Shown here piece after piece: positions 40,189 to 49,355 of a DNA stretch of 64,000 bases. The first letter of the stretch is position 1; every line of letters begins with the position of its first letter. The notes below the pieces were generated by a model. It was not told the DNA's origin, searched no databases, and saw only the letters and a program-made list of their open reading frames with translations. The stretch is from Limisphaerales bacterium (GTDB lineage: Bacteria; Verrucomicrobiota; Verrucomicrobiia; Limisphaerales; CAIMTB01). A program made the position numbers and the translations under genes. The DNA is taken from NCBI GenBank assembly GCA_050250555.1, contig JBFWOK010000003.1:2475-66474 (forward strand). The letters run 5' to 3'.

Positions 40189-41349
40189 TCAGCGTCGGAA
40201 CGACTTCTCGAAATCGTCGCCGCCCGCCTTGCGGACCTGCTTCTGGAAACGCGACGCCGCGATCAGTTCGTTGAGCTTCGACTCATACGCCGCGCCATCG
40301 AGCGGCAGGCGGAGCGTCTGATCGGTCAGCGACGAGTAGAGGATGGCGTTTGCGAGTTCGATCGACTGCATGCCCTCCTCGCCTGGAACCAGGGGCGCCT
40401 TTCCATCGAGGATTCCATCCACGAACGCCTGGATGATCTGCGCGTGGGCGAGGGTCGCGTTGGCGAACGGGATCTCGACGCGCCACGTGTCGGGTTTGGC
40501 GAATCCGCTGGTCGAGGTTCGGTTGAACTCGGCGGCGTCGACCTCGTTCCGGTCGAAGATCATTGTTTCGTTTTCCAGAACCAGGCGGCCCCGCGTCCCG
40601 GCGATCTCGAGCCGGTTCGTTCCGGGCGTCTCGGCGGTCGTCGACACGAAGGTCCCCGTCGCCCCTCCGGCCCATTCGAGGTAGGCCGTGACGGTGTCCT
40701 CGACTTCGATGTTGCGGTGACGTCCGAGGTGGCAGAAGGCGCGCACCGACTCGGGCATTCCCATGAGCCATTGCAGGGTGTCGAGGTTGTGAAGGCACTG
40801 GTTGATCAGGACGCCGCCGCCCTCGCCCTTCCAGGTCGCCCGCCAGCCGCTGCTCGCGTAGTAGGCGTCCGTGCGGAACCAATCCGTGTTGATCCACGTG
40901 ACCCGCATCACGGTTCCCAGTTCACCCGACGTCAGCAACTGGCGGAGTTTCAGGTAACGGGGTTCGACCCGAAGCTGGAACATCGCGCCGAAAACCTGGC
41001 GTGGTCGGGCCCGGGCCGCCTCGATGAGGCGTTCGGCGTCGGCCTTGTGGGCCGCGATCGGCTTTTCGACCATGATGTGCAAGCCCGCCTCCAACGCGGC
41101 GATCCCGATGGTCACGTGCTGGTAGTGGGGCGTCGCGATGATGACCGCGTCGACTTCACCGGACTTGAGCATCGCGTTCGAGTCCTCGAAGAGGTGGGGA
41201 ACCCTGCCCCGGTACGGGGCCAATTCCTGCGGAACCACGCTGCAAAGCGCCGTCAGCCGCGCCCGCCGCACCTTGCCATCCAGGAGGTAGTTCGCGTGGT
41301 GCCTTCCGATGTTGCCCACGCCGATGATCCCAAGCCGTATCTCGTTCAT
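40189..41349 (-). CDS. Gfo/Idh/MocA-family oxidoreductase
   Basis: LGIIGVGNIG, DAVIIATPH, HIMVEKP, GGGVLINQCLHNLD, VEDT. Confidence 0.92.
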   Translation of the reverse strand: MNEIRLGIIGVGNIGRHHANYLLDGKVRRARLTALCSVVPQELAPYRGRVPHLFEDSNAMLKSGEVDAVIIATPHYQHVTIGIAALEAGLHIMVEKPIAAHKADAERLIEAARARPRQVFGAMFQLRVEPRYLKLRQLLTSGELGTVMRVTWINTDWFRTDAYYASSGWRATWKGEGGGVLINQCLHNLDTLQWLMGMPESVRAFCHLGRHRNIEVEDTVTAYLEWAGGATGTFVSTTAETPGTNRLEIAGTRGRLVLENETMIFDRNEVDAAEFNRTSTSGFAKPDTWRVEIPFANATLAHAQIIQAFVDGILDGKAPLVPGEEGMQSIELANAILYSSLTDQTLRLPLDGAAYESKLNELIAASRFQKQVRKAGGDDFEKSFRR

Positions 41350-41483
41350 GCGGGATTAGAAAAGAAAAGGTCGGCCCCGACGCTACCGGCTTGGCAACCG
41401 GTGGGCCATCCTTTGTTCGTCAACCGCCAAAACGGGCGCAAACCCGAGTCGATTCGGCGCAGCCCTCAACATGCCGCCAGCCG

Positions 41484-41648
41484 TCACTCTTCCTCCTGCT
41501 CGACCAATGGATTTCGGACTTTGAGCTTCGGGAACGCGCTGAAGTCCCGATCGGCGGACCAGAGTTCACGGATTCCATGTTCAAGGCAGATCGCCGCGAT
41601 ACGCGCATCGTGGATGCGTGGCCCGACAAGTCTGGCCGAACTGGCCAA
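41484..41648 (-). pseudogene. C-terminal fragment of a PIN-domain (VapC) toxin
   Basis: GPRIHDARIAAICLEHGIRELWSADRDFSAFPKLKVRNPL is a typical VapC C-terminus; no N-terminal half or antitoxin upstream. Confidence 0.75.
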
Positions 41649-41696
41649 TGGCCCGGACGGGGACGATCGCCTCCTCGAATCCAATGCCGTGGCCGG

Positions 41697-44600
41697 TCAT
41701 TCCACGACTCGCTTCAGACGGAGGAATTCGGCTGGCGTCCCGGGCGGGTTCGATTCGGGCACCGTTCCGGTCAGATACCCCTGCCCCGACGCCGTCACCC
41801 GTTGTCGTTCGATCCAGTGTTCGAGGTCCGCCGAATGCTCCACGGCATAGGTCTGACGCGGCCAGGCGTTCCCGTGCCAGCGGCGGCCCCCCGCCGTCGG
41901 TCCACCCCAGCCTATTCGCGCGGGCGGCGGCATCGCGGGAAGCAGTACGGCAAGTCCACCCCGCGGAATTCCCATGACCTCGGTGAAAACGCCGCCCAGG
42001 ACGAGGGCGCCGTCGGCGCGTTCCGCCATCGCCATCACCCAGTCGTTCGGACCGAGTCCCGGATCAAAAGCCGGATCCACCGAGCCGTCGGCGAGCAGTC
42101 GCGCCACCCGATTCCTCCGCAGTCCGTCGAAGCGGGTGAACCGTCCCGCCACCCACAGCGTTCCGTCGGCGCGCGGCAGCAGCGCGAGAATGGCGTCATC
42201 GGCTCCCGGTTGCCCCTGCCCGCGGTACGTGCCATCCCACACACCGTCCCCGGTCACGCGCGCGAGGCGTCCCACGGGCCGGGCGTCAAACCGGGTGAAT
42301 TCTCCGGCCACCCAAAGGTATCCAGACCCATCGAGCGTTTCCGCCAACGCCAGGACCGGACCGTTCGCTCCCGACCCGCTCGCAAAACCGGCGTCCAATC
42401 GCCCCGTCGGAAGCAGTCGCGCCACGCCACCTCGCGCGCGGCCTTCGACACGCCCAAAACGCCCCCCGATCACGGTCCGACTGGCACGATCCACGAGGAT
42501 CGCCAGAACGGATCCGTCGGCGGAATTGCGCGTGTCGAACCCGGTGTCGATCGCGCCGCTCTGGGAGATCCTGGCGACCCGAAGCGCGGCGACACCCTGG
42601 ACCGACGTGAAATCACCACCCAGAACCACTTTGTCGTCGGGCCCCCACGCAAGCGCGTGAACCGCGAGATCGGCGCCCCGGTCGAACTCGAAACCGGCGT
42701 CGAGGGCGCCCCCTGGGAGCAGGATCGCCACGTGATTCAACCGGACGTCGTTGACGGTGTTGAACTCGCCTCCCACGACCAACCGGCCGTCGGGGACCGG
42801 CAACACCGCATGGACGTCGTACTTGATTTTCGCCCGAAAATCAGGCGTCGCGGTCCCGTCCATTGCGACCCGAGCCAATCGGGGCCGGTCCTCGCCGCCG
42901 TAGGCGACGAACCCGCCGCCGGCGAACACGTTATTCTCCGCAATCGACGCCACGGCCCGCACGACGTTGTCGGCGCCCGGTTTCGCCCGGAAACTGGTGT
43001 CCAGCAACAACCCGTCGGCGGTCTCGTCGTCGAGAATCCGGATTGTCACCGAGGCTTGGGGTCCCAGCGCCCAGCCAGGCCCGGGCTCAGCCAGCACCAC
43101 GGAAAAGCGCCGCTCCCCGGAGTCGGCGCCGGGTTCGGTGTCCCGAATCGGAATGAACACCTCGGGAAGGATCCCGTCGGTCGCGAGGGGAACGGCGACA
43201 TCGACGGGATCGTAATCCAGGCCGGCCCTGGCCGATCCGTCGACGGTCCGAACGCGGACGCGTCCGGGCGTCGCGAGGTTTCCGGCGATGGCCAACCGGA
43301 TCTGAACCGGGCCCTGGCGTTCCCGTGTCGCGATTCGGGATTCCACGAAGGCCACGCGGCCCGCGGGTTCGCGAACCAGGGCCATGCTGGGTGCGACCCA
43401 GTTGAGGGTGGCGGCGTTGTCTGCGACGCGGATTGTTCCGGTGGGGGTACCGAGGAAGCTGACGTTGGGATTCGAGAAATGCGGTACTTGGATGCCGGGA
43501 CGGTAGGCCATGACCGTGCGGTACGGTTGGCCGTCGACCATGAATCGCGCGCCGTAGGATCCGGGGAGAACGCCGCCCTCGGGAGAAGTGTCGCGGTCAT
43601 GGTTCGCGCCGAGGAGATGGCCGATTTCGTGCGCCAGAGTGTTGTTTCCGAGCAGGTACGGGCGGAGGCAGACCGAATAACCCTGTTCCATGGCGGACGC
43701 TTCCAGGGTCCGGAGCTGATTGGCCATGCCGGCAAACTGGTTGCTGTTCTCCGATTCGGTCACCAGGCAGACCAGGTCGGCGGCATGGGACTCCCGGAGG
43801 GTTCGCGCTTCATCGAGCCAACCGTCGCCGGCGCGGGCGAGGCGCGCCAGGTCGGTGCCCAGATCGCCCGACTCGGTGTAGTCGACCGGGACGCAACCCA
43901 CGAGGTTGAGTCGCAGGAGAACCTCGCTCCGTTGGAATGCGTCGTTGGCCTCGGCGACGGCCAACTCGAGGAGCGCGCGAATTCCCGCCTCGCCTCCGGC
44001 TCCCTGCTCCGCGGCTGGGGTGTAACCCAACAGCAGGTCGAGGATGGAATGGGCCGCGGACGCGGAGCCGCCCTGACCCGCCAAGGCGCGGGCCGAAGGC
44101 GCTTGGGCGCCATTGCCAAGCCGATCCGATTCCGTCGATCGACTGCCGTCGTGGGTGGCGATGTCTGGCGCCACGGGGTTTTCCAAGGCATCGGCGACAA
44201 GCGACCTTCGAGTCTCGGGATCGCCCGTCCCACATCGGAGGAAAGGGGCCTTCATCGGTGGTCCGATCCAATGGGTGCCCGACCGCGCCGGGCTTGCGAT
44301 GAAACTCGAACCGTCGCCCCGACGGAAGAGCCCGGCCATCCGGTCGCCTCGGAACACAAGGCGAAGGTCCGACCCCGCGTCGCCTTCGAATCGGGCCCGC
44401 ACATGGACGCTTCCCGAGTCGTCCGGTGTCACCAGATCCACGATCCGAAGGGTCCCGGTGCCGCCGTCAGGAGTGGGGATCCGCCAGCGATCTCCCGGGC
44501 GCCAGGATCCGGGGTCACGACTCCATCCGGCGCGCCCGGGAAGACCGGTGCGGATGCCGTTGGGATTGGCGAGGCCCGGGGACGAACGATCAACTGGGAA

Positions 44601-44807
44601 TTGGGTTTGCAGGGAAGCGGCGCGATTCGTTTCGGCGGTGAGGAGCCAGGGGACGGGAGGATCGGCGGCCGGGGATTCGGCGATGGCGGCGTCACTCATT
44701 CCGACGGTGGCAATGGCCACCGCGAGCAACAGGCCCAGGCGAATCCCCAGGACTCGGGCCGGGCGACCGTCTGGCCGGGGCGGGTCGATGGAAGCCGGGG
44801 CGCCCAT
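41697..44807 (-). CDS. Secreted M12/reprolysin-like zinc metallopeptidase with Calx-beta domain and delta-60-type propeller repeats
   Basis: Signal-like GIRLGLLLAVAIATVG; ADLVCLV; HEIGHLLGANH (HEXXHXXGXXH); Met-turn TVMAY; VRTVDGSARAGLDY (Calx-beta); repeated [VL]xGGxF...ARLxxxGxxDxxF units. Confidence 0.85.
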   Translation of the reverse strand: MGAPASIDPPRPDGRPARVLGIRLGLLLAVAIATVGMSDAAIAESPAADPPVPWLLTAETNRAASLQTQFPVDRSSPGLANPNGIRTGLPGRAGWSRDPGSWRPGDRWRIPTPDGGTGTLRIVDLVTPDDSGSVHVRARFEGDAGSDLRLVFRGDRMAGLFRRGDGSSFIASPARSGTHWIGPPMKAPFLRCGTGDPETRRSLVADALENPVAPDIATHDGSRSTESDRLGNGAQAPSARALAGQGGSASAAHSILDLLLGYTPAAEQGAGGEAGIRALLELAVAEANDAFQRSEVLLRLNLVGCVPVDYTESGDLGTDLARLARAGDGWLDEARTLRESHAADLVCLVTESENSNQFAGMANQLRTLEASAMEQGYSVCLRPYLLGNNTLAHEIGHLLGANHDRDTSPEGGVLPGSYGARFMVDGQPYRTVMAYRPGIQVPHFSNPNVSFLGTPTGTIRVADNAATLNWVAPSMALVREPAGRVAFVESRIATRERQGPVQIRLAIAGNLATPGRVRVRTVDGSARAGLDYDPVDVAVPLATDGILPEVFIPIRDTEPGADSGERRFSVVLAEPGPGWALGPQASVTIRILDDETADGLLLDTSFRAKPGADNVVRAVASIAENNVFAGGGFVAYGGEDRPRLARVAMDGTATPDFRAKIKYDVHAVLPVPDGRLVVGGEFNTVNDVRLNHVAILLPGGALDAGFEFDRGADLAVHALAWGPDDKVVLGGDFTSVQGVAALRVARISQSGAIDTGFDTRNSADGSVLAILVDRASRTVIGGRFGRVEGRARGGVARLLPTGRLDAGFASGSGANGPVLALAETLDGSGYLWVAGEFTRFDARPVGRLARVTGDGVWDGTYRGQGQPGADDAILALLPRADGTLWVAGRFTRFDGLRRNRVARLLADGSVDPAFDPGLGPNDWVMAMAERADGALVLGGVFTEVMGIPRGGLAVLLPAMPPPARIGWGGPTAGGRRWHGNAWPRQTYAVEHSADLEHWIERQRVTASGQGYLTGTVPESNPPGTPAEFLRLKRVVE

Positions 44808-47800
44808 CACGGGACGGCGGGGAGCCTTTGCGAGAGGGCGGCCGAGGCTTCCCGCCATTCGCGCCGAACCGCCTCCATCTGTTCCTGAATTCTCGAAAGG
44901 TCGCCGGAACGCGCGGAGGCTTCGAGGGCGCCGCAGGCGCGAACGAGACGGGCGGCTCCCATGTAGCTGGAACTTCCCTTCAGGTTGTGGGATTCGGCCC
45001 GGATCCGCGCCGGATCGGCGGCGGCCACGGCCGCTTCCATGGCGGCGAGGCGTTGGGGCGCCTCGCGCAGGTAGTCCTGGATGAACTCCGCCACGAGGTT
45101 GGGTTCGTCGGGCGACGCGAGGGCGTTGAGAGGTTCGGGGTCGACCACCGGGAGGTCCTGTTCCGCGGGCTTCGCCGGACCGCTTCCCGGTGGGGAGCCG
45201 GAAGGGACTTGGGTCGGCGGCTGGGACGTTGGCGCCCCGGATCGGGCGGGCGAACTCCCGCCGTCGTTGGGTTCCGGCACGACGAGGGGAGTGCCCATCG
45301 ACCGTAGCACCCGGGCCAGGTCCGGTTGGCGGAGCGGTTTGGTGAGGTAATCGTCCATGCCGGCGGCGATGCCGTGTTCCCGGTCGCCTTCGAGGGCGTT
45401 GGCGGAGAGGGCGACGATAGGGATGCGGGGGCGCGGTGGCTCGCCGGACCCTGGTTTCTCCTCGGCTTCCAGAAGCCGAAGGCGCCGCGTGGCCTCGTAG
45501 CCGTCCATACCCGGCATCTGGCAATCCATCAGCACCAGGTCGTAGCGTTGGTTCGAGCACGCCTGGATCGCGTCGGGTCCGCTTGCGGCCGTGTCGGCCT
45601 TGGCGCCCATGCGTTCGAGCATGCCTCGGACCACCCGACGGTTCATGTCGTTGTCGTCGACCACGAGGACTCGGAGGCCGGTTCCGGGCAGATCCGCCAC
45701 TTCGGGCAGGATGGAGCCTTCCATCGCGAAGGCCTCGCCACGGAGCACGGAGGCGATTTCGTCGGCGAGCTTGGACTGGCGGAGGGGTTTGACGAGGGTG
45801 CCGCGGACACCGGCGGCTTCGAGGCCGCGGGCGTCGGCGAGGCTGCCGGGCGCGGTCAGCGCGATGAGGTCGGCTCCGGGGGCGCCCAGGCGGAGCCGTC
45901 GCGCGGTGAGGAGGACGTCGCTGTCGGGAAGTTCGGCGTCGAACAATACGAGATCGAACATCTCGCCGCCGCGGGCCGCGACCCGGAGCGAGTCGAGCGC
46001 GGCGGCGATGGTGCCGACCGATTCGACCCGCGCGGGGGCGAGCATGTCGATCGCGTAGGCGATGGCGGAGCGCTGGGAGGCGCTGTCGTCGAGAATCAGC
46101 ACGCGTCGGCCGGCGAGGACGGTGGACTGGGCGGGGGAGGATTTCGGTTGAAGGACGCGGTCGAGGCGGACGGTGAACCAGAACGTGGTTCCCTTGCCGA
46201 CTTCGCTTTCGAAGTCGATCTCGCCGCCCATCAGTTCGACGAACTTCCGGGTGATCGTGAGTCCGAGACCGGTTCCGCCGTATCGGCGGCTCATCGAGCC
46301 GTCGGCCTGGGCGAAGGCTTGGAAGACCCGGGGCCGAGCCTCCTCCTCGATTCCGATTCCGGTGTCGGAAACGCTGAAGCGAAGGAGCGCCTTGTCGCCT
46401 TCGACGTTTCCTCCGTCGAGGCGGACGACGACCTCTCCCTGGGAAGTGAACTTGATCGCGTTGCCGATGAGGTTGTTGAGAACCTGCTCCAGGCGGGACG
46501 GATCGCCCAGCACATGGCGCGGCGATCCCGGTTCGATGACTCCGATCAACTCGAGCCGCTTTTCGTGGGCGCGACCGGCGAAGAAGCTCACCGTCCGTTC
46601 GACCACCTCATGGACGTCGAATTCGAGGCACTCCAGTTCGACCGCGCCGGCCTCGATCTTGGAAAAGACGAGGATGTCGTTGACGACCTGGAGCAGCATC
46701 CGGGCGCCGTGGTCGATATTTTCGACGAGGTACCTCTGCTGGCGGTCCATGCGCCCCTGGAGGAGCAGTTCGGTGGTCGGCAGGATCGCGTTCAGGGGCG
46801 TCCGGATCTCATGGCTCACGGTCGCCACGAATTGGGCCTTGAGCTTGGCCGAATCCAGGGCGGCCTGGCGGGCCTTGTCGCGTTCCTCGTCGAACTGCTT
46901 CCGCGCGCTGACGTCCTCGAGCGATCCCTCGAAGTATTGGGGGCGCCCGTCCCGGTCGCGAACGACGCGGCCGCTCTCGGAGACCCAGGTCCGGGTGCCG
47001 TCCTTCCGGTAGATCTCGGACTCGAACCCGGTGATGCTTCCCTTGGAGAGCAGTTCGCGGACGAATTCCTCGCGGCGTCCGGGCTCGACATAGACCTGGA
47101 CCCGCACGTCGGTCACCATCGCCATCACTTCCTCGGGATTCGCGTATCCGTAGATCCTGGCCAGCGCGGGGTTGACGCGAAGGAAACGGCCGTCGACGGA
47201 CGTCTGGTAGATGCCTTCGACGGAGTTTTCGAAGATCCCCCGGAATTTCTCCTCCGCCTCGCGCAACGCCCGCTCGGTCTCCTTCAACTGGGTGATTTCC
47301 CGGGCGACGCCGACCAGGCCGAGCGTTTCGCCCGAGCGGTTGTAGATCGGGATCTTGGTCACCGAGACCCAAATCGTGCGTCCCTCCTCGCGGCTCAGTT
47401 CCTCCACCTTGTTGATGATGGGTTTTCCAGTCTGAAGCAGGTCCTGTTCCTCGGTGTGGACCAGGCGCGCCCTTTCCTCCGGCCAAAGATCGAAGAGCGT
47501 GCGGCCGACGAGGGTGGATTCGTCCGCGACATTGAACCAGCGAGCGGCGGAACGTCCCACCTTGACGAACCTGGACTGGGGATCCTTGAAGAAGATCACG
47601 TCCGGGCTGTGATCCAGGAGGGCCTGGAGCAGATCGCGCTCGTAGGCGAGGGCGTCCTCCAGCCGTTTCCCGTCCGTCACGTCCCAGAAGATGCCCTGGA
47701 TTCCGCTGATTTCGCCGTTGGCATCGCGCAGCGGCGTCTTGATGACCTCGACCCAGTGGACGGCGCCGTCGGCGGTCACGTTCCGCTCGGTCTGTCGCAC

Positions 47801-48964
47801 CGACCGGCCCTCGGCCATCACCCGCTGGTCGTCGGCCTGGTACTTGTGGGCGAGCTCCGGCGGGAAGAGGTCCAGATCGGTTTTTCCGAGGACCTTTTCG
47901 GGGGGCAGGCCGACGGTTTCGCAGAAGCGGCTGTTGGCGAAGATGAACTGTTCGTTGCGATCCTTCCGGAACACGTTCTGGGGCAGTTCCTCGACCAGCG
48001 AGTGATAGAGGATCTCCGAGGTGTGGACCTTTTCCTCCGCGGCTTTGCGATCGGTGATGTCCTGGACGGTCCCCTCGTAGAATTTCACGCGTCCCAGTTC
48101 GTCGCGGACGACGCGGGCTGTTTCGGCGATCCAGAGGATCTGGCCGTCCTTGCGGCGGATCTGGGCCTCGAAGTTGGTGATGAGATCCGTCTGTTGGAGC
48201 GCGGTCACGAAGCGGTCGCGCGCGGTGGGATCGGTGTAGACCTCCATCTGAATACTCCCGACCGCGTTCATCAGTTCCTCGGGGGACGAGTACCCGTAGA
48301 TCTTGGCGAGCATCGGATTGGCGGACAGGTACCGGCCCTCCGGAGTGGTCTGGTAAATGCCGAGGACAGTGTTCTCGACGATGCCGCGGTATTTGGCCTC
48401 CGCCTCGCGCAGCGCCTCCTCGACGCGGGCGTGTTGCATCTCGAGTTCCTCGAGCTGCCGCTGGCGGCGGCCGAGATCGAGTTGTCCCATCACCATCCGC
48501 CCGAGGGCTTCGAGCGATTCCGACTGGCTCGGAAGCAGATCCCCGACCTCGTAGTCCCACACGGAGAGAACCCCCACGGCGCAGCCCTCCGGGGAAACGA
48601 GCGGCACGGCGGCGTAGAAGCGGATTCCACGGGCATCGCCGACGAGCCGGCGGTCCGCGAACCGTTCGTCCTGGCGCGCGTCGGAGACCACCACGACGGC
48701 GCGGGCTTCGAGGAATTCGGGGCAGAGCGCCTCGGACCGCGCAATCCGCCCCGATTTCAATCCCGCCGAGGCGACCACGACGACGGTGTCTTCGAGAACC
48801 AGCTCGACGGCGGCCATGGGCCGGTGGCAAAGGAGCGCCGCGAGTCGGCACGCCTCGGAGAGCACGAGGTCCATTCCGGGTTCCGCCACCGGATAGCTCC
48901 GCGTGACCTGGATTCGCTTCTCCTCGGACTCGGGGTGGGGATTCGGGTGGTTGGGATTGTTCAC
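44807..48964 (-). CDS. Hybrid sensor histidine kinase: GAF, four PAS, HisKA, HATPase, two REC, Hpt
   Basis: GIRFYAAVPL (GAF); four PAS/PAC units; SHEIRTPLN; NLIGNAIKF, DTGIG, GGTGLGL; LFDAELP and LMDCQMP; SHNLKGSS. Start uncertain (GTG 48964 or ATG 49033). Confidence 0.92.
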   Translation of the reverse strand: MNNPNHPNPHPESEEKRIQVTRSYPVAEPGMDLVLSEACRLAALLCHRPMAAVELVLEDTVVVVASAGLKSGRIARSEALCPEFLEARAVVVVSDARQDERFADRRLVGDARGIRFYAAVPLVSPEGCAVGVLSVWDYEVGDLLPSQSESLEALGRMVMGQLDLGRRQRQLEELEMQHARVEEALREAEAKYRGIVENTVLGIYQTTPEGRYLSANPMLAKIYGYSSPEELMNAVGSIQMEVYTDPTARDRFVTALQQTDLITNFEAQIRRKDGQILWIAETARVVRDELGRVKFYEGTVQDITDRKAAEEKVHTSEILYHSLVEELPQNVFRKDRNEQFIFANSRFCETVGLPPEKVLGKTDLDLFPPELAHKYQADDQRVMAEGRSVRQTERNVTADGAVHWVEVIKTPLRDANGEISGIQGIFWDVTDGKRLEDALAYERDLLQALLDHSPDVIFFKDPQSRFVKVGRSAARWFNVADESTLVGRTLFDLWPEERARLVHTEEQDLLQTGKPIINKVEELSREEGRTIWVSVTKIPIYNRSGETLGLVGVAREITQLKETERALREAEEKFRGIFENSVEGIYQTSVDGRFLRVNPALARIYGYANPEEVMAMVTDVRVQVYVEPGRREEFVRELLSKGSITGFESEIYRKDGTRTWVSESGRVVRDRDGRPQYFEGSLEDVSARKQFDEERDKARQAALDSAKLKAQFVATVSHEIRTPLNAILPTTELLLQGRMDRQQRYLVENIDHGARMLLQVVNDILVFSKIEAGAVELECLEFDVHEVVERTVSFFAGRAHEKRLELIGVIEPGSPRHVLGDPSRLEQVLNNLIGNAIKFTSQGEVVVRLDGGNVEGDKALLRFSVSDTGIGIEEEARPRVFQAFAQADGSMSRRYGGTGLGLTITRKFVELMGGEIDFESEVGKGTTFWFTVRLDRVLQPKSSPAQSTVLAGRRVLILDDSASQRSAIAYAIDMLAPARVESVGTIAAALDSLRVAARGGEMFDLVLFDAELPDSDVLLTARRLRLGAPGADLIALTAPGSLADARGLEAAGVRGTLVKPLRQSKLADEIASVLRGEAFAMEGSILPEVADLPGTGLRVLVVDDNDMNRRVVRGMLERMGAKADTAASGPDAIQACSNQRYDLVLMDCQMPGMDGYEATRRLRLLEAEEKPGSGEPPRPRIPIVALSANALEGDREHGIAAGMDDYLTKPLRQPDLARVLRSMGTPLVVPEPNDGGSSPARSGAPTSQPPTQVPSGSPPGSGPAKPAEQDLPVVDPEPLNALASPDEPNLVAEFIQDYLREAPQRLAAMEAAVAAADPARIRAESHNLKGSSSYMGAARLVRACGALEASARSGDLSRIQEQMEAVRREWREASAALSQRLPAVP

Positions 48965-49355
48965 GGGGAACGGGCGGCCTTGGTTCGGCGCAGTGTACGA
49001 TCCGAGCGCGCCGAATCCAGACGCCAGTTGCATCGCACTGGATTGACAGCGCTCCTGGATTGAGGCAGTACGCGCGCCGCGCGGCGGTGCTCGGAAGGGA
49101 TCCGGGGGGTACCCGCCCGCGGCAAGCCACGCGGAGGACTCCCGAAGGCAAAATCTGCCGGCCCGGGAGCTCGGGTTGGAAATGGCGTGGAAACGGGCGG
49201 TGGGAAGTTGAGGTTTGGACTTTGGAGTCGGTTCCCGCCGGGGCTGCGTCCGCGAAGTCGAAGTCCGTCGTTCCCCCAAGGGTGGGGCGCGCCGAGGGTT
49301 GCGACCCTTGGAGATGCCGCTGACCGGCGATTCCACGAGTTCAAAACGAGATCTG

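Noticed and set aside
45326-49063. 1245-aa plus-strand ORF, and similar long ORFs at 41391-44888, 3813-6467, 1912-4071, 53670-55844 and 49392-51509
   Set aside because: Antisense shadows of well-supported genes, expected with high GC3 codon bias; no recognisable motifs.
48965-49355. c-di-AMP (ydaO) riboswitch expected upstream of kup
   Set aside because: The conserved ydaO segments could not be found by eye; an Rfam scan would be needed to exclude a divergent copy.
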